Shown: positions 29,218 through 39,200 of the stretch, piece after piece
How positions within the stretch are numbered: position 1 is the stretch's first letter
Layout: the number at the start of each line of letters is the position of its first letter
Assembly: GCA_039679675.1 (NCBI GenBank)
Contig: JBDKUN010000062.1
Span: forward strand, 1 to 64,000
Origin: Armatimonadota bacterium
Lineage (GTDB): Bacteria > Armatimonadota > UBA5829 > DTLH01
Direction: 5' to 3'
DNA: 64,000 nucleotides
Translations under genes and position numbers: made by a program
The notes under the pieces: generated by a model
Database searches by the model: none
What the model was told of the DNA's origin: nothing
What the model saw: the letters and a program-made list of their open reading frames with translations, nothing else

Positions 29218-29976
29218 TTAAAATAAAGGTCTTGGCTCTGCAACATATTTTTTCCAAGCATGGTATTTTTCCAGTTGCTCCGGAGCCATTTTTCCTTTCA
29301 ACTTACGATCACCCGCATTGATCGTGACTTTCCTGGACTTGCTTAGTTTAATTTTGCCATCATCCATTATGTTGAACTGGTCTTTTCCGGCATAGATGAG
29401 GTCTCCACGCTTGGTTTGCACAAGCATAATCGCATCTTCCATTAAGCGGCCTTTCCAGGGAGTTTCTATGAAGCCTACTATAGACAACTCAATCAGGTCG
29501 TGTTCTCTTTTCGACTTGCCTTTGATTACACTGGTTATCTGCTTTATCATGTTATCGATTGATTGGTGAGATGGATGGAAATCTCTGAGATACACGAACC
29601 GCTTGTAGTATTTGAAGAAATAGCCGCCGGAAATGATCTGAATTAAAACAATCATCGGCCACCGGCCTACATCCTGGTGGGCAGACGCAACTTGGTAAAT
29701 GTGGTAAGTGTTCCAAATTGCCAGCATCCAGAATATGCTGCCTTCAACGAGCATCATACCAGGCGATGGTGACTTGATGATGAGTATTCCCTCAATCAGC
29801 ATGGCGAGTCCAATAATAAGATGAATCACGTTCGTGGGATTTGCACCCAAATGGGCTAAACTGATAAAAACGGCCAAAATACCGAAGATTACACCCCAGT
29901 ATCCGCCGGGTTTTAGCAGCATATTCATCAGACAGTAATCTGCGAGCCTTCTTGATTCGCCTACTTTGTCCAACAT
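29218..29976 (-). CDS. hypothetical membrane protein
   Basis: 252 aa, about 4 TM helices then a soluble tail. Confidence 0.7.
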   Translation of the reverse strand: MLDKVGESRRLADYCLMNMLLKPGGYWGVIFGILAVFISLAHLGANPTNVIHLIIGLAMLIEGILIIKSPSPGMMLVEGSIFWMLAIWNTYHIYQVASAHQDVGRWPMIVLIQIISGGYFFKYYKRFVYLRDFHPSHQSIDNMIKQITSVIKGKSKREHDLIELSIVGFIETPWKGRLMEDAIMLVQTKRGDLIYAGKDQFNIMDDGKIKLSKSRKVTINAGDRKLKGKMAPEQLEKYHAWKKYVAEPRPLF

Positions 29977-30190
29977 ATTGCTCTACCTTTCTGCGCGAAG
30001 GTGTTTTTCGCACAGGCTAACCGATTTTTTACTTTCTTGGTGAAACTTCTGTGGATAGTTATATGCGGATCAGAATGAGCCCCCGGCACCACATCCAACA
30101 CACGATTATACCATATTGCTTTTACAGTTTAACTAGCTTGGGATATGACAGTAATCCCGAAATTAGCATATTTCTAATTCATGTGACTGA

Positions 30191-30742
30191 TTAGTTGGCC
30201 TTGTCTAGCCCATCTTTTTCATTAAGTGCAGTTTTCACTATTTCCTGTACCGGCAGTGCTTCGTGGATAGCTTCTATTCGTTTTATCGCCTGCCAGATCA
30301 GCTTGTCCTGATGTACCAGTTCCTTCAGGATTACCTCTATCTCTTTTTCGGCCTTCATATTGATCTCAAAATCGTGCTCCGCCATAAGCCGGTCTCTCTG
30401 GCTCTGCCGGTTCTGGCTCATCATCACTACGGGGCCGGTGTAGGCCGCCTGAAAGCTGAGCACAAGATTCAGCAGTATGAACGGATACGGGTCCCATGCT
30501 TTGAGATAGTTGGGATCTCTGGCTATCATCACCACGAGATAAGTGTTCACAACCATCCATGCAATAAGAAAGATGCTCTGGGTGATTATAAACGCCCAGC
30601 TGCCTACTATTGCTGCCACCTTATCCGCGACGTGCTGTCCAAATGTCGATTTATCTTTCATCTCGACATTGACGTTTATAACAGGCGGGTGTTTATGCTG
30701 ATAGCTTTCTGCCGGACTGGGTGCGTGGATTTGGTTAGGCAT
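30191..30742 (-). CDS. DUF1003 membrane protein
   Basis: GSWAFI, DPYPFILLNL, MMSQNRQ. Confidence 0.9.
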   Translation of the reverse strand: MPNQIHAPSPAESYQHKHPPVINVNVEMKDKSTFGQHVADKVAAIVGSWAFIITQSIFLIAWMVVNTYLVVMIARDPNYLKAWDPYPFILLNLVLSFQAAYTGPVVMMSQNRQSQRDRLMAEHDFEINMKAEKEIEVILKELVHQDKLIWQAIKRIEAIHEALPVQEIVKTALNEKDGLDKAN

Positions 30743-30823
30743 GAAAACAGCTCCTCTTTCAATTATGTTGTTTCAGGACACCCTGTCCCGAAACTTAGCA
30801 TTTCAAAAGCTGATAGCTGATAA

Positions 30824-32296
30824 TTACACCAGTGTAGCCGCACCGGAGCAGGGTTTGCATGGAAATACTGCGTCTTCCAGCGCCATAACGCTGACTCCGA
30901 CATCGTTACGCTCTTTCGGCAGATAATCGTGGTAATACCGCTCGACTATAGCCGATACGAAATCCGGCACGCTGCTGTCCTTTACCAGCGCAATGACGCA
31001 TCCGCCGAACCCAGCGCCGGTCAACCTCGCTCCGAGCGCTCCGCTGTCCTTGCAAATACTGACGAGCGCGTCGAGTTCGGGAGTGCTTATCTCGTAGTCT
31101 TTCGCGCAGCTTTCGTGGGACTGGTTCATAAGTTCCCCGAACCGGTCTATATCTCCGGCTTTAAGTGTACGGACGGCATCTTCCACCCGCTTGCCCTCGG
31201 TCAGAACGTGCCTTACCCGCTGTTTTACCTTGAACCCGTCCTTCGGCTCCTTGAAATACTCGCCGTTTCGCAGCTTGAGCGCTCCGTCTTTCAGCCGGAC
31301 AGCCGAAATACCGGCAAGCTTCGCGACATCTTTGACGGTAAGCCCTCCATCAGGAAGCTGATCAATAACCGCGAGTATCTCTTTTTGCGATAGATGCTTC
31401 AACCCTCCAAGGAGCGTCAGGTTTCGCTCCGGCCCCAGCCGGTCTTTCAAAAGATTGCCGAGAACAGCTACTCCGAGCCTGCACTCGACCACACGCTGGT
31501 TATATTCGTCCCGCGCAGCCCCGGACTTCTCTGCGGCCACAAGGCTGTTGCACACGACTATGGAATAACCGTCCGGCATTGGGACAGAAGCCGAAGAGAG
31601 TGGGAAAAAGTCGATCATGAGCGCCTTTTTGCGTTCCGAGAGAAGCGATGCCGCCTGGTCCATACCGCCACCTTCAGTCCCGACGTACCGCTCGCCGCGT
31701 GCAAGGAGCTCAGCCAGGTCTTTTCGCTCGATCACCACACCATTAGCCGCCGCAAGCGTGATTGCGGCAGCCACTACCATCGCGGATGAGCTGGAAAGCC
31801 CCGAACCGGAGGGGACGTCACCCATCACGCAGGCATCGAACCCCTTTAGCGGGCGTGACGATACTTCCTGCAGCGCCTGCGCAGCAGCCTTGGGGTAGTT
31901 GCCCCAGTTGCCCGGCGCGTACGGCCTGATTTTAGCGGATATATCGAAGCTCCTGGGAGGGAAATAGCAGCTTACATTTACCAGGTTTATCCGCCGGTCT
32001 TTTCGCGGGGCAAAAATAACTACCACATCACGCTCTATGGCCATCGGAAGCACCGGCAGCCCGTTATAATCGATATGTTCGCCTATCAGGTTCACCCTTC
32101 CAGGCGCTCGGGCGATAGAAACCCGCTTGGCGTCAGGAAACGCCTCCATGAACCTGCAGAGCGCCGCGAGATATCTGGTACGTTGGTATCTCATGTCCGC
32201 GCCGGAGCTGTAGCTCTCGGCCAGAAACTCCTCGACAGGTCCGGCAAGGTCTCCGCCTCCCTGCAGGGCTTTTTCGAGCTCTTTTACATCAATCAT
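30824..32296 (-). CDS. galK: galactokinase / GalNAc-kinase-like GHMP kinase
   Basis: APGRVNLIGEHIDY, GSGLSSS, GGMDQ, GARLTGAGFGG. Confidence 0.9.
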   Translation of the reverse strand: MIDVKELEKALQGGGDLAGPVEEFLAESYSSGADMRYQRTRYLAALCRFMEAFPDAKRVSIARAPGRVNLIGEHIDYNGLPVLPMAIERDVVVIFAPRKDRRINLVNVSCYFPPRSFDISAKIRPYAPGNWGNYPKAAAQALQEVSSRPLKGFDACVMGDVPSGSGLSSSSAMVVAAAITLAAANGVVIERKDLAELLARGERYVGTEGGGMDQAASLLSERKKALMIDFFPLSSASVPMPDGYSIVVCNSLVAAEKSGAARDEYNQRVVECRLGVAVLGNLLKDRLGPERNLTLLGGLKHLSQKEILAVIDQLPDGGLTVKDVAKLAGISAVRLKDGALKLRNGEYFKEPKDGFKVKQRVRHVLTEGKRVEDAVRTLKAGDIDRFGELMNQSHESCAKDYEISTPELDALVSICKDSGALGARLTGAGFGGCVIALVKDSSVPDFVSAIVERYYHDYLPKERNDVGVSVMALEDAVFPCKPCSGAATLV

Positions 32297-33042
32297 TGCT
32301 CTTTCTCCAGTAACTCTGCTGCATGTCCTATGTCTTCCGGCCTGCCTACATCACACCAGATGCCCGACATCCTGTGTCCCCGCACAAATCTTCCGTCTGC
32401 AAGCATCGAAGCGACCGCATCGGTCAGCTCATACTCTCCTCTGGGACTCGGCACTAGCTTGCCTGTGTATTCGAAAACGGTGGGAGAAAAGACGAATATC
32501 CCTGCCTGGTTCCAGTTCGTGGACGATTGTCCCACAGGCGGCTTTTCGACTATCTTTTCTACCTGGCTGCTCTCGTCCAGGTAGACCGCTGCTCCTGCTG
32601 ATGGATCATCCACCCAGTTAAGCGCAAGCAATGCGTCACATGGCGAAGCGCCGAAATCCGAAATAAGGGATAGATAGGTATCGGTAGAAGCAAGTATGTC
32701 TCCGAATGTCGCTATAAACGGTTCACTGCCGACTGCTTCCACTGTAGAATGGACCGCGCTTCCGGTTCCGTTCGGCTCCGGCTGGTGGACATAGCTGATA
32801 TTTACGCCTAATTTGGAGCCATCAGAAAAATAGTCCTCGATAATATGGCCGAGGTACCCTGTCACGATGACAAAACGGCCGATCCCGGCATCTTTCAGCC
32901 TCGTTATGACATGTTCCAGCATAGGCTTTCCGGCAACCGAAAGCATGTGTTTTGGTGTAGATAATGTGAGGCTTTTCATCCGGCTGCCCTTACCGGCTGC
33001 AAGAATGACTGCAAGTGTCGGTATTGTGGTTTTGGAGACCAT
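32293..33042 (-). CDS. sugar-phosphate nucleotidyltransferase
   Basis: LAAGKGSRM...PK, SPRGEYELTD, WCDVG. Confidence 0.9.
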   Translation of the reverse strand: MVSKTTIPTLAVILAAGKGSRMKSLTLSTPKHMLSVAGKPMLEHVITRLKDAGIGRFVIVTGYLGHIIEDYFSDGSKLGVNISYVHQPEPNGTGSAVHSTVEAVGSEPFIATFGDILASTDTYLSLISDFGASPCDALLALNWVDDPSAGAAVYLDESSQVEKIVEKPPVGQSSTNWNQAGIFVFSPTVFEYTGKLVPSPRGEYELTDAVASMLADGRFVRGHRMSGIWCDVGRPEDIGHAAELLEKEQ

Positions 33043-33192
33043 AGCTTAAAAAATTCGGGGTCTATATATTGATCAGTTGTTCACCCGCTCCCAGGCATTA
33101 TATTACCCAATACCGGTATATTTAGCAAGCTGAAGAGCAGTCTGATATGTTCCGATAATAGAATAGCGAACAATGTGGATTAGGCAAAAATT

Positions 33193-34185
33193 ATGAGTAA
33201 CACTACAAACAATAATAAGAATATCCTGATAGTCAGCAGCAGTGGTACACTGCGTAAACGGCTTGATGAAGGGCTTAAGGCCATCGGGTATAATACCGCT
33301 TCGGCTCCCGATGGGGAGACTGCGCTCATAATGCTCAAAAGGCAGAAGGTCGACCTGTCGATAACCAGCCTGGATCTCATGGGTATGAACGGTATTCAGC
33401 TATGCCGTGCGATCATCCGGGTACACCCCAATTTACCGGTCGTTGTAATGTCGCAGTCCCCTGATGCGCAACAGGTGGCGCTGGCACTTTCAGGCGGAGC
33501 AGCCGATCTCGTGAGCGAATCGACAACGCCGGAAGAAATGGTGTCCGTTATCGAGCATAACATCGAGCGGAGAGTTGCGCCGACGCGCCGGATCGTAAGC
33601 GACAGGGCCGAGACCCTATTCAAGACTATCCGTATACTGACTGCTGCAATCGATGCCAAGTCCCATTTCGCGGCGAGGCACTCCAGCCGGGTCACGCAGC
33701 TCAGCATGGTGATCGCTAAGCGGCTGGGCCTGTCAGAAGACCAGATGGCGACACTTGAGCTTGCGGCGCAGTTGCATGACATCGGCAAAATCGGAACGCC
33801 TGATAATGTACTTACGAAACCGGACGTGCTGACGGATGATGAATGGGTGGACGTACTGAAGCATCCGGCTATGGGAAGCACATTCCTGGCCGGTATTCCC
33901 GAACTTATGGAAGTTTCATCGGTCGTGCGCCATCATCATGAGAATTTCGATGGAACGGGTTACCCGGACGGACTTCAGGGAGAAGCCATTCCGCTCCTCT
34001 CCCGGATAATCTCTGTTGCCGATGCTTACGAGGCCATGACAAGCGAACGGCCCTACAGACAGGCAAAAACGCATGAGCAAGCCGCGGAAGAGCTTCGCCG
34101 CAACTCCGGCAAACAGTTTGATGCTGTAATGGTCGAACATCTCCTGTCGTATTTTTCCGATAACAACGAAAGGAAGGCTGCTTGA
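33193..34185 (+). CDS. degenerate REC + HD-GYP phosphodiesterase
   Basis: LHDIGKIG, HHENFDGTGYP, ADAYEAM. Confidence 0.9.
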   Translation: MSNTTNNNKNILIVSSSGTLRKRLDEGLKAIGYNTASAPDGETALIMLKRQKVDLSITSLDLMGMNGIQLCRAIIRVHPNLPVVVMSQSPDAQQVALALSGGAADLVSESTTPEEMVSVIEHNIERRVAPTRRIVSDRAETLFKTIRILTAAIDAKSHFAARHSSRVTQLSMVIAKRLGLSEDQMATLELAAQLHDIGKIGTPDNVLTKPDVLTDDEWVDVLKHPAMGSTFLAGIPELMEVSSVVRHHHENFDGTGYPDGLQGEAIPLLSRIISVADAYEAMTSERPYRQAKTHEQAAEELRRNSGKQFDAVMVEHLLSYFSDNNERKAA

Positions 34186-35816
34186 GCAGTAACCGGCCAA
34201 ATACCTACAATAGCGGTATCATTGTAGCGAGACCCGTCGGCAATGAAGTTGAAAAGCACACCCGGCAGCACAAGCGGCACTGGATTATTGCCGCCGCTGT
34301 GCTGCTTTTTGCCGCCCTGGCGCTCGAAATCCGGGACTTGTTCAGCCCGCAGATGTCCATTGCGGGGCATGCAGCAGCAGTACTGCGTCTACTCGTGCTG
34401 TGCATTGCCTCAGGCGGAGCAGCCTACCTGTACACGGTAGCTTCCAATCTTAAAAAAGCCAGCCGGACACTGGCTGATGACCTCAGCTCGCATACACAGC
34501 TTCTTGCTGAAAAAAGCGCGCAGCTTGAGCGAGTGAAGCAATTATCTGAATCACTTATCAACCAGGTGGACCTTAAGTCCACGCTGGACCTCGCGCTTGA
34601 GATGGCAACCGATGTGATAGGAGCCCGAACGGCTTCCATTATGCTGCTCGATCCATCCCGGCAGGAGCTTACCATCTCAGCGGCAAGAGGTCTGGAAAAA
34701 GATATAATCGAGAACACCCGCGTAAAGGTCGGGGAAGGGCTTTCCGGGCTTGTCGCAAAGGAAGGCGAGGCTATCGTAATAAACAGCGACAGCCTGAGTG
34801 AAAAGCTCGCACCGCTTGCGCAGCGAAAGAACAAGATCAAGTCTGCAATCATAGCCCCTATCAAAATAGATGGGGAAATCCGAGGCGTTATCAATGTCTC
34901 GGACAAGCACGGCGCTGAAAAGTGGGACAAAGAAGACCTTGCAGCCGTATCTACGCTTGCCACTCAGGCAGCAATGGTCCTTAGAAAGATCGAGCTGTAT
35001 GACAGTCTGCAGGAACAGGTCGCAATGCTGAAAGACGCACTTGAGGAGCTCAAAACTACCCAGGCGGAGCTGATACAGTCCGAAAAGATGGCATCCGTAG
35101 GCCAGTTAGCCGGAGGTGTCGCCCATGAGATCAACAACCCTCTTATGGTGATCCTCGGGCGGGCTGAATTTGCCCTTCAGAAACTGCTGCCTTACGAACC
35201 GGTCGTAAAGGACCTGCAGATTATCCATGCGCAGACAGAGCGGATAGCCGAGATCGTGCATAACCTGCTCGATTATTCACGTGTAAACAAAATAGATGAT
35301 TTCCGGGCGGTCAATGTAAACGAGATTATCGAAAACACCCTGGCCCTTACCGAGCACCAGATGATCAAACAGAACATTACGGTTGTACGTGAGCTTTCGG
35401 ACAATCTCCCGAACGCATGGGGAAACCCTGGGCAGATCAACCAGGTGTTCGTGAATATTGTTCTCAATGCGTATCAGGCTATGGCCAAAACAGGCGGCAG
35501 CCTGACTATATCGACCTATGCAAAGGATGGCAAAGTGGCTGCCGGATTTCGGGATACCGGCCCTGGAATACCATCTGAAAACGAAGAAAAGATATTCGAA
35601 CCGTTCTTCACGACCAAAAACGAGTCCGAAGGGACGGGGCTCGGCCTTGCTATCAGCCGCGGCATAGTGCATACACACGGCGGCAAGATAGAGGTCAAAA
35701 GCGAACCGGATAGAGGGGCCGAGTTTACGGTAGAATTGCCGGTGTCCAAATCGGCGGCAGAGTCTCTGCAGGAGGAAAGAGATAATGAGCAAAAAGCACA
35801 TTATGGTAGTAGATGA
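34182..35816 (+). CDS. membrane GAF-domain histidine kinase
   Basis: 2 TM helices, GAF, AHEINNPL, FFTTK, GTGLGL. Confidence 0.92.
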   Translation: MSSNRPNTYNSGIIVARPVGNEVEKHTRQHKRHWIIAAAVLLFAALALEIRDLFSPQMSIAGHAAAVLRLLVLCIASGGAAYLYTVASNLKKASRTLADDLSSHTQLLAEKSAQLERVKQLSESLINQVDLKSTLDLALEMATDVIGARTASIMLLDPSRQELTISAARGLEKDIIENTRVKVGEGLSGLVAKEGEAIVINSDSLSEKLAPLAQRKNKIKSAIIAPIKIDGEIRGVINVSDKHGAEKWDKEDLAAVSTLATQAAMVLRKIELYDSLQEQVAMLKDALEELKTTQAELIQSEKMASVGQLAGGVAHEINNPLMVILGRAEFALQKLLPYEPVVKDLQIIHAQTERIAEIVHNLLDYSRVNKIDDFRAVNVNEIIENTLALTEHQMIKQNITVVRELSDNLPNAWGNPGQINQVFVNIVLNAYQAMAKTGGSLTISTYAKDGKVAAGFRDTGPGIPSENEEKIFEPFFTTKNESEGTGLGLAISRGIVHTHGGKIEVKSEPDRGAEFTVELPVSKSAAESLQEERDNEQKAHYGSR

Positions 35817-36174
35817 CGAAAAGGAAATTCGCGAGTTATTCCGTGACGTGCTCGAAAACCAGGGCTATGATGTCACTGTATGCGAAAATGGGACCGATGC
35901 GATCAAGTGTCTCAAAGAGAGACCGGCATTTGCAGCCTTCGTTGACATCCGCATGCCCGGAATAGATGGTGTAGAGACTCTGAAACTGATGAAAGAGATC
36001 AACTCCGATACTCAAGTCGTCATGATTACCGGCTATACGAGAAACGAGGCAGTGGACGAAGCGCTGAAACTCGGCTGTTTTGTCTGCATGATGAAGCCGT
36101 TCAAGCTGCAGGATATAATGAGCGTAATTACCATCCTCGAAGCAGGACTGGATGAGCTGCCGCTTGCAGCGTAG
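35785..36174 (+). CDS. single-domain response regulator
   Basis: VVDDE, VDIRMPG, ITG, KPF. Confidence 0.92.
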   Translation: MSKKHIMVVDDEKEIRELFRDVLENQGYDVTVCENGTDAIKCLKERPAFAAFVDIRMPGIDGVETLKLMKEINSDTQVVMITGYTRNEAVDEALKLGCFVCMMKPFKLQDIMSVITILEAGLDELPLAA

Positions 36175-36178
36175 AGGG

Positions 36179-36356
36179 TTTTTGAATCGCGAAAGATGCA
36201 AAAAGGGGAGCTGGTGGAAATCGCACCAATCCTCTTTGGAGTGCGGCGGCTCGACGCCGCTTTTCTATCGACAGCCACTAATTCACTCCCCCAAAAATAC
36301 CTTCGTGCTTCTCCCCGTGGTCCGGTAGGTCCACGGGGTAGAACTGCGGTCCCGAA
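36179..36356. repeat. composite of palindromic modules
   Basis: TTTGAATCGCGAA, TGGTG...CACCA, GGAGTGCGGCG...CGCCGC, and a TGCTTC-family unit interrupted by CCCCGTGG...CCACGGGG. Confidence 0.65.
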
Positions 36357-36373
36357 TAACATAAAATTGTCGA

Positions 36374-38989
36374 TTAATTACGTTCGACCTTACTCCTCTT
36401 CCTTTTCTTCAATTGGTCTATGTAATCAGTCAAGTCTTTCAGATCCTGTTTCATCTCATCAGGTGTTGGCAAGTTCGCGTTGTCCACTCCAGGCTGGTCG
36501 TGTCCTTTGAGCCATCTGGAACTCTTGGCCATACCATTTTCGATGGTCTTATAATCATCTTCTGTGAGGTCTCTAGCTACAATCTTAAGTCGCTGTGTCT
36601 GAATTTGTCTGGAAAACCGCATCACCACACCATTCAACACCATTTCTTCAGTTGTTCGCTCCCAAGTTTCCCTGAGACTCCCGTACCAATACCCTGCCCT
36701 AATCTTATACTCGTGAATATCACCATGATCGTACAGGGCTTTCACTTTAGTAAGATCAGAAGTGAGCGTCTTAATACGATCAAGCGCCGATTGCCCCTGC
36801 CAGGGAGGCCCATCACACACAACTCCTACATTGCTTTGGTTACGTAAGACCTGACATACTGACAGATCTACCTCGAATGTCTCTGCCCAATGGAACAGCT
36901 CATTCATAAATACTATGTCGTGAGTTAGCACAATAACCTGACGGACTGTAGATTCTTTTGCTAACCTTTCAGCTACAAGACGCCTATGCGCATGGTCAAG
37001 GGAACACACAGGGTCATCTACTAGTATGGCTGATTTGTCATAGGACTGGCCAAGTTCTGCGAAGAATGCTGCAAGCGCTATCGCTCTGAATTCACCTTCG
37101 CTCACAATATCCTTAACGGCTGGTGCGGTCAACTTTCGACCCTCTATATCAATGCGATGTTCCGGAACACCTTTCCTAGTGCGATGGGTAATCACTATCT
37201 TGAGCTGGTTGCCGCTGACTGCCTTCAGTTCCTCCTTAATCCTCTCTTGCAGATCCTCAGTAACGTATTTTTTCGTCAGCTCGCCGCCCTTTCTCGATAT
37301 CTTGTTTGTGTTAGTCAATCCAGTTGCCTTATTTATGGCTTCTATATCCTTCACACGTTGCAGTTCAGTCCGAAGTACGGCAACGTTGTCGTGGATCCAC
37401 TTTTTCGCTTCGAGTTCAGCCAGACGCGTTTTATATTTCTCAAGCAATTCCTGATCTGCGGTCTTCTCCAAATTCTCTGCTTCTTGCTCTAACTCCTGGG
37501 CAATTCGCTTTATCTCCGCAACATCCAGAGTCGGAGAAATAATGTTTTCCCAATTGCTAGACCCTAAAGCAGATAATATTACTTCTCGGCACTTCGTCGC
37601 AGCCCCCAGGAATACAGTAACCTCCTCCGACAGCACTTCGGAGTGTGATTTTAGTTCCTGATATACTGCATCGTCGCTCTCAATATGTATAGTTATTCCT
37701 TCTAGCTTCTTCCTGTCCTCTTTTACTATAGCAGCGGCCTCGTTGAGCTTTTTCGCACTTTCATCTTTTACGTATGCCTCGAACTTCTTCAAACGCTCCT
37801 TGGCATCATCAGACAATGGTTGCTGACACAAGACACAGACCGCCGTGGCACCCGTATTTGGATATGAAGCATCAGGATACGCTTCACCAACTGAAAAGCT
37901 TCGGGCGTGCTCCCACAACTGCTTCCAAGGGTCAGCTCCTGTTCCTGGTAGACAATCCTTGAATGCTTCAGTCTGGGCTAGTGACGCTGCAGTCCGGGCT
38001 GTTTCACGGTCTTCAACATGCTTGCGAAACACTTTGATTGCCTCGACTCCCAGAGCAGTCGAAATCGACACGATCCGGCCCTCGATCTCTATTAATAATT
38101 GTTTACGCACCCTGATACTGGCTGCCTTCTTGAGAGGGTTCTCTTCCTCTAGTAACTTGGACAATTGCTTCATCTCAGCCATATCGTCAGTGGTGAAGAC
38201 TGCGGTTGCTTTGATGCCTTCCATCGTCAGACCTGAATGAACGGGGTAGGCTTTCGCAATCTCTGGGTGTGAAGCTATTGCTGTAGGTGGCGAGAGGCAC
38301 TTAGAAACTAATTTACTCTTTCTATCCGCAAGCCGCTGTCCGACAACGTCTGCCACTGACGAGAGACGATCGAATAGATCAAGCCCAAAGGGTCTGTAGG
38401 CCACATCATTGTAGTCATTCACATAGAGCTTAGCACAATCTGAATCGAAAATGCTCACTCTAGCCAGCTCGTTCGGAACATCACTGTTTTCAACCCAGTT
38501 GTAGGTTTGGAAATCATCACCAATACAATAGTCGACAACTGCCTGCGCTGGGTCGCCAGTTGCTTCTTTGTAGATATTCGGGCAAATAGGGCTTCCGGCA
38601 TCTCTGGCACGACACATCTTCTTCAAAATTCTAGTGTATCCAGACTTACCGGAACCATTATCACCGTAGATAACAGTGATGCCTGTAGGATGAAAAGCCA
38701 GGATAGAAGCCGGATCAAGCAGATTCACATTCTGCACAGACTTCACCGTGGCAAGAGTGACGCTTTCAGACTCTCCTGTAACGATGATTGGCAGGTGCTT
38801 TGATTCAAGAGGCATTGCGACAATGCTTTCGCATCCATCAACCTTCAAGCCAAATGGCTGCAAGCATAGGTGTTCCAACTCCTTGTAGTCACTCTCACTC
38901 AACGCGCCACTGGCTAATCGTCTGAGAGCATCACGCTGCCAAGTTGGCAATTCACTAGACCACTCTAGTATTTCCTCGTATACACTCAT
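36374..38989 (-). CDS. RloC-like ABC/SMC-type ATPase with zinc hook and putative HEPN domain
   Basis: GDNGSGKS, coiled coils, CVLC, SEGE, LVDDP..SLD, LTHD, C-terminal RWLKGH (R-x4-H). Confidence 0.75.
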   Translation of the reverse strand: MSVYEEILEWSSELPTWQRDALRRLASGALSESDYKELEHLCLQPFGLKVDGCESIVAMPLESKHLPIIVTGESESVTLATVKSVQNVNLLDPASILAFHPTGITVIYGDNGSGKSGYTRILKKMCRARDAGSPICPNIYKEATGDPAQAVVDYCIGDDFQTYNWVENSDVPNELARVSIFDSDCAKLYVNDYNDVAYRPFGLDLFDRLSSVADVVGQRLADRKSKLVSKCLSPPTAIASHPEIAKAYPVHSGLTMEGIKATAVFTTDDMAEMKQLSKLLEEENPLKKAASIRVRKQLLIEIEGRIVSISTALGVEAIKVFRKHVEDRETARTAASLAQTEAFKDCLPGTGADPWKQLWEHARSFSVGEAYPDASYPNTGATAVCVLCQQPLSDDAKERLKKFEAYVKDESAKKLNEAAAIVKEDRKKLEGITIHIESDDAVYQELKSHSEVLSEEVTVFLGAATKCREVILSALGSSNWENIISPTLDVAEIKRIAQELEQEAENLEKTADQELLEKYKTRLAELEAKKWIHDNVAVLRTELQRVKDIEAINKATGLTNTNKISRKGGELTKKYVTEDLQERIKEELKAVSGNQLKIVITHRTRKGVPEHRIDIEGRKLTAPAVKDIVSEGEFRAIALAAFFAELGQSYDKSAILVDDPVCSLDHAHRRLVAERLAKESTVRQVIVLTHDIVFMNELFHWAETFEVDLSVCQVLRNQSNVGVVCDGPPWQGQSALDRIKTLTSDLTKVKALYDHGDIHEYKIRAGYWYGSLRETWERTTEEMVLNGVVMRFSRQIQTQRLKIVARDLTEDDYKTIENGMAKSSRWLKGHDQPGVDNANLPTPDEMKQDLKDLTDYIDQLKKRKRSKVERN

Positions 38990-39101
38990 GCTGATGTCTC
39001 CCCCGATGCCCTACCAAGCAAGGGTCATACAAAAAATGAAGCCCGGGCACTACCTTATACTGCAATTACTGCAGCCCATGGTATTGCTCGGGCTCATCTG
39101 C

Positions 39102-39130
39102 ATTATGCACCAGCCTGTTACTGTTGTCAA
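39102..39130 (-). promoter_or_regulatory. sigma70-type promoter of the RloC-like gene
   Basis: TTGACA-17 nt-CATAAT. Confidence 0.65.
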
Positions 39131-39183
39131 TGCTAGAGATTTTTCATGCTAGAGATTTTTCATGTGTATGCAGAGATTTTTCA
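39130..39183. repeat. 16-bp tandem repeat, two exact copies plus one degenerate
   Basis: ATGCTAGAGATTTTTC twice, then ATGCAGAGATTTTTC. Confidence 0.8.
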
Positions 39184-39200
39184 GGTAATCCTAATATCCC

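Noticed and set aside
39130..39183. Possible CRISPR array
   Set aside because: 16-bp units are almost directly tandem, there are no proper spacers, and no cas genes are present.
39150..39200. Tn7 end at attTn7
   Set aside because: No convincing terminal TGT with TnsB-site repeats in the expected orientation, and no tns genes.
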